DNA of 64,000 bases. It comes from Schizochytrium sp. TIO01. Lineage: Eukaryota > Protista > Bigyra: Labyrinthulomycetes. The stretch covers positions 5,984,483 through 6,048,482 of the forward strand of contig SMSO01000032.1 in assembly GCA_004764695.1 (NCBI GenBank). Reading direction: 5' to 3'. Positions 9,562 through 17,968 of the stretch are shown here, piece by piece. Position numbers and translations under genes: made by a program. Numbering within the stretch: position 1 is the stretch's first letter; each line of letters opens with the position of its first letter. The notes beneath the pieces are model-generated. The model was given only the letters and a program-made list of their open reading frames with translations, made no database searches and was not told where the DNA came from.

Positions 9562-9715
9562 ATCATTATAAATATTAAGTAAAATTTTGACTTAAAAGAT
9601 AAATTATTCTTAGTATTATCCTCAATTGAGCACGGCTCGTAATGAAAATATATTTTGACAAACTTATTAAATTATTTATTCCAGTGGGAGTAGCTTGATG
9701 TTACAGAGAGACACC

Positions 9716-10070
9716 CACGTGAAGGTACTATATTCCCATCACGGTCCCAGTCTTCACGCGTGAAGGTACTATATTCCCATCACGGTACCATGTCTTCACG
9801 CGTGACGGTCCCAGTCTTCACGGCGTGGGTCCCAGTCTTCACGGCACGGTCCCAGTCTTCACGCGACCTTTCTACGGGTCGTAAAAATAAAAGGAAAAAC
9901 TTTTAAATTAAAAAAATTTCACGCCCCTCACAAGAATTTGAATTTCTTCCCAGTGGGGGTATGTGAGGGATGTGAGGGCGTGATGAAAGAATTAACGTGA
10001 ACACTTTAAGGTGGTAAAAAAATTAATTTTTCTTCACGCCCATATTAATTGTTAATAGTTGCGTGAAAAG
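9716..10070. repeat. Subterminal repeat array built on TTCACG(C): direct repeats, palindrome and inverted repeats
   Basis: 28-bp direct repeat at 9718 and 9759; GGTCCCAGTCTTCACG at 9743, 9807, 9828 and 9848 (variant at 9784); perfect palindrome CTTCACGCGTGAAG at 9752-9765; inverted pairs 9917-9932/9971-9983 and 10031-10039/10061-10070 in AT-rich spacers. Confidence 0.9.
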
Positions 10071-10084
10071 ACCTTAAGTTGGCC

Positions 10085-10160
10085 CTCCGTAGTAAAGTCG
10101 CGTAGGGCCGGGTCAGTAGTATGATAGGGGACTGCATGCGAAGCCCCGGTGTTGAATGTT
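10085..10160 (+). rRNA. 5S rRNA gene, 5'-truncated (approximately nt 44-119 only)
   Basis: TCCGTAGTAAAGTCGCGTAGGGCCGGGTCAGTAGTATGATAGGGGACTGCATGCGAAGCCCCGGTGTTGAATGT aligns without gaps to eukaryotic 5S nt 45-118. Helix V (GCCGGG/CCCGGT), loop E (TCAGTA/GAA) and helix IV (GTATG/CATGC, TAG-GGGA-CTG) all pair. The upstream 43 nt lack CATAC and the partners of helices I and II. Confidence 0.9.
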
Positions 10161-10203
10161 TTTTTCCTTTTTTTTTCTTTTTTTTTTTCCCGTTTTTCCC
10201 TTT
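10159..10203 (+). terminator. Oligo-dT RNA polymerase III terminator after the 5S fragment
   Basis: Several long T runs immediately after the 5S 3' end. Confidence 0.8.
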
Positions 10204-11405
10204 CGAACAACTAAAAAACAGGCAACATCATTGTGCAGAGTCTAAATCTCCTTGAACGCATGCTAATGATATACGTCAGCGAGCTTGTTCACTCGTGCAA
10301 GGCGCCTATTTTCATCGACTAAATCACTTGTACGCAGGGCAAAGTTTGCATTCCGATCACCATTTCGTATGCAAATCGACTAGACTGACAATGAGGTGGT
10401 CGCAGACGCTTCACCATAGCTTTCGCCAAGCCTCTGGGACTTGATACTTCAGACGAACCATTTGTGCTGTGCTCAGCTCCTGTGCAATATTTTAAATTAC
10501 ATTTGTCTCCTTCTACAAGTTTTTTTGCCTATTCGACAGTGTATCTGGAAAATAAACTAATGATTATCTTGGCCCCCAAAAGAAAAGTATTCCTATTAGG
10601 TGTCCTTTTAAATGCAAAGATTTTCTTTGCATTCTGCAATTGTATTGCAAGTTAGCGTGAGGCGTTCACCAAGAGATATCTTGTCCGAGTGGGATGTTGA
10701 ACGTTCTACTTATAGATACATACCTATGTACACACTTAGCTGTGATACTTCAATTGATTGTCAAGAGAACACTGCACTCGCATCCCTGCTCCTGAGCTTC
10801 GAGAGGTATAGAAAGCTAGCAATTTAAGGGTTCTGCCTGTCCAAAACAAATGAATAAAGTCTGATCATTTCCGAATCTTGTTCCTCCTTATCTCCCTTCT
10901 CTCCTTTGTTTTGTTCTCGGAAAGAAATAGGGACTCAATAAAATTAGTCCTCCATAACTGTGTTCTTGTTAAGAGGTGGATAATGATCTTGTGATAACAG
11001 CACTGCCCTCATCGTGTTTTGCTACCTCAAAATCTGTAGATAGGTAAGTAGACAGGACTCCAATCGGCCCAAGTTTGTTTGAAGACTTTTCACGGTTAGA
11101 AAACATCAAGAGAGGTCAAACACACAACCTCTGTCTCGTTGTAGCCTGCACCCTCCTTTATGCAGAGCTACAACAATATCATATCTAGTCTTTCGAAGTG
11201 TGCGAGAGGAAGGAGGACGAAATTGACGACGATCCAAACCCAAATTTGTTTATTATTGGGACGCTGTTATTCTTTTTTGCGCGTGTGTTGCCATATCCAC
11301 TGCAGAACCGGCCCAAACCCAAGAGAAACGTAGAACCAAAACAAGAAGAAGAAAACAAACGTACCAGACCCAGAAAACAAAATGGCTTGGCTACCGAATT
11401 TCTAA

Positions 11406-11822
11406 ATGGATTACGAAAAAGAAGAGGATGTTGGATTTCATCAAGACAACATTGAATACTCTCTTGAGTTACTTAGTGAGACTGTCGTTCTATTTGCGTA
11501 CAAGTATGATAATGCCAAAGTGGCCATGTGCGTTTCCCCTGCTGCGCACGAGGTGCTCCCTATTGAAGAGTCTGATCTAGCCTTAATTGAAGAAGACGGG
11601 GATAGGGTTTACATTGCACCAGCCCGGCTGCGCGGCTTTCTAGGCGAAATTTGCCTCCCCGAGCTAGACATTGACTGTCTAGGAGACATCCAAAAGCAGG
11701 ACATTTCTTACGGCAATTATCTCTTTGATGTCACACTCTCTAGCACCTTGATTACCGGTGCGAACGATGGTGTCATTTTTGACGTGCGGCTCTCCAGAGA
11801 ACGAATGGAACCTTGGGTTTAA
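11406..11822 (+). CDS. Hypothetical acidic protein, 138 aa
   Basis: ATG ORF with globular-looking composition, A/C-rich leader and AT-rich trailer; no recognised motif. Confidence 0.55.
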   Translation: MDYEKEEDVGFHQDNIEYSLELLSETVVLFAYKYDNAKVAMCVSPAAHEVLPIEESDLALIEEDGDRVYIAPARLRGFLGEICLPELDIDCLGDIQKQDISYGNYLFDVTLSSTLITGANDGVIFDVRLSRERMEPWV

Positions 11823-11991
11823 TTTAATATATAACAAGGAAGCAAAAGAAATAAAAACAAAAAAACCAAACCGCTTTTATTCATTAAAAAATAGTCAAAT
11901 CAAGAAGAAGAACGAATAAATTTAAATATCTCTGCACTTCTTTCAACAACCAAGCAAAATCGACAAAAACAAAACAAAACAACAACAGAAA

Positions 11992-12732
11992 ATGACCAGC
12001 CTTGACTTGAGTGAACTAGCGCGAGAAGCAAGGAGTCGCTGCGAACTGCAAAACGGCCCCTTGATAACTTGGTTTTTACAGCGAGTAGCCCTGGAAACCG
12101 AAGAAAAAAACAGAACCAACCTCGTTGAAGCTTACAAGTTCGCAATGCATTATGATGGCGGCCTTTCCTTTTCGTTTCTCTGCAAACTTAACGCAATCAT
12201 CCTCGGCCAGCCCCACAGCAGCAGCAAATTGCGAAGTGCATCCGCATTCTCATTCAGGCGTCACCAAATTACCTGTGATTTGACGAGAATTCCTCTTGTT
12301 CATCCAACCCCTGGGCTTCTTGATCGCGCACTGAGGAATCTCATTATAAAATACCAAACCACACCTTTCTCGATCACAGGAAAGCAAGATGTAAAAGATA
12401 TAGAAGCCGCCGCATTGCAAGATGCTTTGCACGTTGCGACAGATTTTATAGCAAGGTTCCTGTTTCTCAAACCCTTTGCATTTGGCAATGGAAGGACCGC
12501 TCGTGTGCTCTTTTCGTGGTTACTTAACTCCTTTGTCCCGGGCCCAATTCCATTGCTTGGACCCTCCCAAGACTACGCCGAAGCGACTAAAGTAACAGCA
12601 GCAGCAGCAGCAGCAGTGGATCCGTTGGCATTGTTCGAAACTTGCCATCAATCCAAAGACAAGCAGCGGTTCAGTGAGTACACAAGTTCTGCAGTGGAAA
12701 ATCACTTGCGAGAGATCCTCTCCGTAACCTAA
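11992..12732 (+). CDS. Fic/Doc (Fido) domain protein with a non-canonical active-site motif
   Basis: FLFLKPFAFGNGRTARVLF versus canonical HPFx(D/E)GNGRxxR; preceding helical Fic-like segments (LCKLNAIIL, KLRS). Confidence 0.85.
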   Translation: MTSLDLSELAREARSRCELQNGPLITWFLQRVALETEEKNRTNLVEAYKFAMHYDGGLSFSFLCKLNAIILGQPHSSSKLRSASAFSFRRHQITCDLTRIPLVHPTPGLLDRALRNLIIKYQTTPFSITGKQDVKDIEAAALQDALHVATDFIARFLFLKPFAFGNGRTARVLFSWLLNSFVPGPIPLLGPSQDYAEATKVTAAAAAAVDPLALFETCHQSKDKQRFSEYTSSAVENHLREILSVT

Positions 12733-12835
12733 CTAAGTAGCATTTTATTATAAAATGGATTGGAAACAAAACAAACATTGATTATTTCTTCTTCTTCTTC
12801 TTTTCATGAGTTAGGGGTTATTAACTTGTGAGTGT

Positions 12836-14770
12836 TCAAAAAACTTGTTTGATTTTTTCGCCTTTCAAGAGCTTGACGAGGTTCTCCTTCTCAAGCCTTG
12901 CGCGGACTTGAAAGAACCGACCATCAAGGTCGTCGTATATCCCTGAATGACTGAAGTCGATAAAAATTGCCTTCTCAGGATCGTCCTTCGACTTCAGGAT
13001 GTTCGGAAGTCTCAGGTCGCCATGCAAAACACCACGCGCGTGTATCTTGTCTAGGGCATCCTTGACGCTTGTCTTGAACTCTTCAGTGAGAGAATCAAGA
13101 GATTCATACGAGAGTGGCTCACCTGCATAAGAGGTAGCAAAACCATACGGCAATCCATCAGTATCAGTAATGGAGCCATGGCCCAGGTATTTGGGAATAC
13201 AATCCCCCTGCAAGTCAGACAGGTTTGCGTAGACTTCAGCTTCAAAATCGATCTGGTTGAGACGCCAATCAGCATCTTCGTGATCGCCGAAATCGTCGTA
13301 TTTAACCACTGCTCGCTCGCCCATGATCTCACACTCAACTGCGCTACCTGTGTAGCAGTCAGAAATGTGCTTGCACTCGTAGAGATCACCCCAGGTGATG
13401 GGAGTGTCATGCTCTTTGTAAAGGAGGTTGTTCCGCCGCACCCCCCTTGCACCTCCTCTAAGTCCACCTCCCCCACCTCGATTCTGCGTTTGTAGCTGGT
13501 CTTGATCCCATTTACATTTCCTGGGAAGGTCGGTGTGAGGAACAGAACGACCATGCATCGTGCAACCTTCTGAGCCTGTGCACGACACCAAGATGCCTTT
13601 TCCTCTATCATCTAAAAATTGTGGCACTTCTCCCTTCAAAGCAATCATAGTAACTAAGGCAAGGAACTGTGGTATACTTAGTCCATATCGTGTCATAGAG
13701 TGTCTTCCTGGGAGCATCGGCGTTGTAGCAAGGTTACCTTCGCAATCTCGGAAGAAAGCTGCAGTGAACATATAGTTGGAGTAAACACCAACAAACTTGC
13801 CGGACTGGACCATATAGTTATACAACTGTCTAATTGGAGACACAGGGTGGTGTCTCTCGGAACCAGTGCATTCATCATGGTTTGCATCCGCACTACACCA
13901 GCGGTCAAAAAATTCATTGTTCGAAGAACCAAGACCCTTCAACTCACCAACAAGTGAAACATCGAACAGATGCGCTTGATCTTGTATGATAGTCCCAACA
14001 ACAAAGTCTGGCTTTAAAGCCTTGCGTCCATCCTTTACCGGGTAGTCCGACGTATAGCCGAGCTGGACACTTCCAGTTCCTTCTTCGACGGGCAAAACAC
14101 TGGTGACTGCTTGGAAAACTTGTGAAAAACAAAGCCCAATGGAACTCTCGGACCTAAGGAAAAGAGACTGCATTGAATGACAGAGTAGACTATCAACATT
14201 TAGACTCGTTGCTTCTTCCTGGAGCTTGCTCACAAATCCTTCATCGATACAGTGCTTCATGAATCTTCCGATGTCAACTTTGATGACGCTTGCAGGGGCA
14301 AAAATGTAGTTTTCGCTAATAACGGCGGTGCTCGATACAGTTTGCGAAACATGTTGAGGGATTCTAGGTAAAGCGCACCCAAGGGATTCCCAAACTGATC
14401 CGGAGAAGCGCGAAATGCTTTCTCCTTCTTCACCGCCTCCAGACTCAAATTCCTCAATCTTTCCCTCGGTTTTCTCGATTTTAACTCGGGCTTCCTTCAT
14501 ATCAGATGCTATGCGCAGAGCTCCAAGGATCTGATCTTCTTCATCGCAACCATCAAAATTGTGTTCGATGTCTTCCTTCTCAATTTTATCTGCGAGATAT
14601 CTTTCGAGCTCCTTACGTGCACCCATCGTGGTAATTTCCCTTTTCAGCTCTCGGAATTCATCTTCAAGTTTTTCAAGTCTAGCCTGTTCAGTTTTTAGAC
14701 GGTCATGATAGAGGGCAAGTCGGTTAAGCATCCCCGCGTTGTCAGTTCGCTGCGATGAGCGACTGCTCAT
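12836..14770 (-). CDS. Coiled-coil + PD-(D/E)XK nuclease-like + Cys cluster + protein kinase (Spok/Crinkler REase-kinase-like); start uncertain (ORF open to 14860)
   Basis: Coiled coil RLKTEQARLEKLEDEFRELKRE; KPDFVVG...VGELK...IRQLYNYM; kinase VVK, EAEVYANLSDLQGDCIPKYLG, HGDLRLPNIL, FIDFS. Confidence 0.85.
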   Translation of the reverse strand: MSSRSSQRTDNAGMLNRLALYHDRLKTEQARLEKLEDEFRELKREITTMGARKELERYLADKIEKEDIEHNFDGCDEEDQILGALRIASDMKEARVKIEKTEGKIEEFESGGGEEGESISRFSGSVWESLGCALPRIPQHVSQTVSSTAVISENYIFAPASVIKVDIGRFMKHCIDEGFVSKLQEEATSLNVDSLLCHSMQSLFLRSESSIGLCFSQVFQAVTSVLPVEEGTGSVQLGYTSDYPVKDGRKALKPDFVVGTIIQDQAHLFDVSLVGELKGLGSSNNEFFDRWCSADANHDECTGSERHHPVSPIRQLYNYMVQSGKFVGVYSNYMFTAAFFRDCEGNLATTPMLPGRHSMTRYGLSIPQFLALVTMIALKGEVPQFLDDRGKGILVSCTGSEGCTMHGRSVPHTDLPRKCKWDQDQLQTQNRGGGGGLRGGARGVRRNNLLYKEHDTPITWGDLYECKHISDCYTGSAVECEIMGERAVVKYDDFGDHEDADWRLNQIDFEAEVYANLSDLQGDCIPKYLGHGSITDTDGLPYGFATSYAGEPLSYESLDSLTEEFKTSVKDALDKIHARGVLHGDLRLPNILKSKDDPEKAIFIDFSHSGIYDDLDGRFFQVRARLEKENLVKLLKGEKIKQVF

Positions 14771-14787
14771 GCTAAGTCGGTTGCTTT

Positions 14788-15249
14788 TCACGCCTCCCGC
14801 CTTTCCAACACGTTGATCCCGAGTGGTCCCGTCCCCTTTCGCGTGAAGGGGCGCAGACAAGCCGTGCTTGGCTTTCTTTCTTGAGAGACGAGGAAGGGCA
14901 TTGCTTTCTCCTTTTCTTCTTCTTCTTCTTCTTCTTCTTCTTGCCTTGTTTCAAGCCCTTTCACACTCTTAACGATTTCACTAATGGACGGCCTATCAAT
15001 CGTGTTCGGGTTTTGCTTACCTTCAACAACTTGGAAAAGGGAGAGTGCCTGAGAGACTAAGAGTGCACACTCTGTCTTTGTTTCCTCCAGTGCTGCAGTG
15101 TCTGCAAGGACACGCAAGAGAGAGTGGCTTGCGGTTGTATACGCCGCGACCGCCCTTTTCTGACACAGAGGAACTTTGAATTCACTCTCTCGTACAATCT
15201 TCTGTGCTTTTTCGTCTCCTCTCACTGCAGCATCAATGGCCAGGGCCAA
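14788..15249 (-). CDS. Possible upstream coding segment or pseudogene (helical, poly-Glu) overlapping the kinase 5' end
   Basis: Coding-like ORF without a good ATG; (GAA)n tract; may be a frameshifted 5' part of the kinase gene. Confidence 0.3.
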   Translation of the reverse strand: MALAIDAAVRGDEKAQKIVRESEFKVPLCQKRAVAAYTTASHSLLRVLADTAALEETKTECALLVSQALSLFQVVEGKQNPNTIDRPSISEIVKSVKGLETRQEEEEEEEEEKEKAMPFLVSQERKPSTACLRPFTRKGTGPLGINVLERREA

Positions 15250-17968
15250 GGAAGGACTAATGGAAGGTCGAATTTCGTGCCTCGAGAACCTTCAATTTCG
15301 AAGCCAATTCACCAGTTTTCTCTTGCAAATTCCGAGAAACAGTCAACACTCTCTCAAAAGCACCAACGATAGACCTCGTTGAAGGTCTCCGTACGAGATT
15401 CGACGGCTTCTCGGGGCGCAGAGCCATCCTTGTTTTATCTTCTTCAACTCTGCACGTGCTGACAGAATTCCGGATTTACCTGCAACGAAAAACACCCACT
15501 TTCACTCAACAAGAGATTACATCCTAGATCTAGCCAGACCAACAGAGCTCAGAATAACACGCGACGTGCTCGATCGATAGAAATCCAAACGTGTCAATTA
15601 CGCGTGCTTCAATCTGAGAGGGACATTCGTTTTGCTTGAGCAAGCGTGATTGTCCTTTCCCCCTTTCAGCTTTACCAGAACCCGAAAGCGATCTTTCCAT
15701 TTGCGTACCTCAAAAATCTTTTAAGGGAAGAGAGATCGAAAATCTTTTACCTCGAAAGAAATGAAATGACAAAAGTAAAAGTTTTTCCAGGGGTGACATC
15801 TAAGATGGCCTACCGCAAATTTTCTTTCTCTCGACTTTATTGTTTTCGAGGGTACTTCCTTTTCGAAATGAGAATTTGCCCTCTCCTTGAACCCCCTTTC
15901 CCTACCATTCCCAGTTCTTGTTTCCCCTCATCCTGATTCATTTCATTTCTGATAAGACGTCTTCAAATTGGTGGGAGTGAGTGATCGGGCGATCTCAAAA
16001 GCAATTAATTGAAGAGAAGAAGCTTATGGTCAATGTCACACCTCAACACTTTTAATTATTATTTAAAACAAGAATTTGTTTTATTTAATTTAAAATCAAG
16101 TTTTAAATAAGGCTCGACCTTTTTCGACTAGACTACTTTTGAGTATAACTTTATAATTAAAATCTAATTCAAGTCCTTCATTCACTCCAAGCATGATTAT
16201 AAAGATTGAGTAGCGCATATTCTGAATGACGTTGCCGAATGAAGACTCTCCCTTTCACTGATTCTCTCTTTATTCTTTTATTCTTTTCTTTTTTTTTAAA
16301 GGGCGATTGTCAAAGGAGCCTGTACCAAACATCAGATCTGCGTTGCTACACATCAACTCGTTTTTACGAATTTTGCAGAAATTCTCAATCAAACTTAGGT
16401 CCTTTAAGTCACTAAATTAGAAGGTCAAAGTCCAGTCAACATAGACACTGTCAGTAAGTGTCCTTCGTGTTTAAATTCTAGAGCTTCAACCCGCCCACAT
16501 GACATGGCCATTAATTCACGAACACTGGCTTCATGAATTTGGTTGTACTTTTCGAGTCCTTGACTTTCAAAAGTCTTTCGTTCGTGACAAGTGCACGTCC
16601 GACAACTCATAAGTTCAAGGGCGCTGACGCTATTTGTGCGTTCGAGTTCCATTTGCCAGGGCCACTATCTTAATAAGCAATTGAGTGTTGAGCTCACTCA
16701 TTAGGTATTGCCCATGCTGCAACAGCTCTGCATACTCTACCAGAAGGCACATCAGGATTCCCAATTGGGTAGCTCAAGTCCCTCCCTCAAGTCCCTCCCT
16801 CGGGAGGAAAATGCACGAAAAGAAGACAAAGTCTTTACAGTTTGAAAAGTAAAGAAAACTATTTCCTATTGGCATAAAAGTTGTAAACATTGTTCCCTGT
16901 CTGCAGACATTCAAGTTTTCTTTCTTTCTTTTTTCTTTCCAAAATTTGCATTCAATCTCCCAGTGTTTTTGATAGGCCTTCCTTCCTACCTAATCTGAAA
17001 TTATGTTAAACCTCACGTTGAGTTTGGGGAATCTTACAAGCGGCAGATAAAAGAAAGCTACGACATCTCTTTTTTATTCTTTATTATTTTTTTAATTTAT
17101 AAAATTAAAACATTTTTCTCTCTTAAAGATACCCACTCGACGTCATCACAAGCAACAACACGGTGGAGAAAATGCGCATGGCATACACACACGCAACCTC
17201 TCGAGGAGTACTCTGCACTAGCGCACTATTGGTCGTCTAGAGAGGCTTTGTATAAAGATTGTCATTCTTGTTAGGCAGCCTTCAGAACAGAAGCATTTGG
17301 GGATAACGGCGAAGGCGCTCTCACTAGTCAGAGGTAACAAGTTAACATCTTTTAGTTTATAACGTACCTACTCCCTTTCCACGCTCTCACTTGTCAGAGT
17401 CAACTCCTTGGGTTGAAATATAACATCTTTTAGCTTTGCTCTTGCCGGGTAGTGCCATCTCGGGGTGATTGCTGTGGTTTGAGTTACTGCCTAATTCTTA
17501 ATAATAATAAAATATAAAAATATTTAGAACATAGAAAGAAAGCACCTCAGGCTGTAAAAAAGAAAAGAAAAAAAAGAGTACCTCATATAATGAGGTCCGA
17601 GTTATTAGGAGTGCCTAGTAGTATACTCTCGACTGGCCCCGCGTATTGTAGATTTAGTCGGAGAGATTAAGAGCATAAACTGACTGCAGTATGGTAAATC
17701 CAACATTTCACGATTTACATCAGCATATAGGCGTATATTATATACATTATACCTTTAATTTTATTTATTTATTTATATAGTTAAAAATAATAGTGTACCT
17801 TGTGAATAACATTTCAAACTAAAATCAATGTCTTATAAATTAATATATATTTTAATAATCATTCAAATTCAAGTTGATAAATTTCTTTTTTTTAAAAAAG
17901 AAATAGCTAGAACAATTTGTTGGCAGCACCTGCAGAAAGCAAACCCCAAATTAGCTTCAATTCAAGCC

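Larger units (their letters stand above)
1..10084. mobile_element. Right-hand end of a large integrated virus-like element (endogenous large DNA virus or giant transposon) inserted into a 5S rRNA gene; extends beyond window start
   Basis: AT-rich, intronless, tightly packed ORFan and tandem-paralog genes, ending in a subterminal repeat array that abuts a 5'-truncated 5S rRNA gene at ~10084/10085. No capsid, polymerase or recombinase gene is visible in the window. Confidence 0.7.

Noticed and set aside
9716-9866. CRISPR-like array
   Set aside because: Repeats are 16-28 bp separated by 4-5 nt or by repeated sequence; there are no unique constant-length spacers and no cas genes, and the context is eukaryotic.
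10042-10160. Complete 5S rRNA gene
   Set aside because: Positions 10042-10084 cannot pair with the 3' strand of helix I (GTTGAATG) or helix II (TCGCGT) and lack the conserved CATAC and loop C sequences.
17316-17440. Degenerate duplication CTCTCACT.GTCAGAG...TAACATCTTTTAG
   Set aside because: Only two diverged copies and no associated structure; likely a local tandem duplication.
17828-17968. Longer N-terminus of the plus-strand kinase-like ORF
   Set aside because: Very AT-rich and intergenic-like; ATG 17969 has better context (GCCATG) and marks the compositional change.
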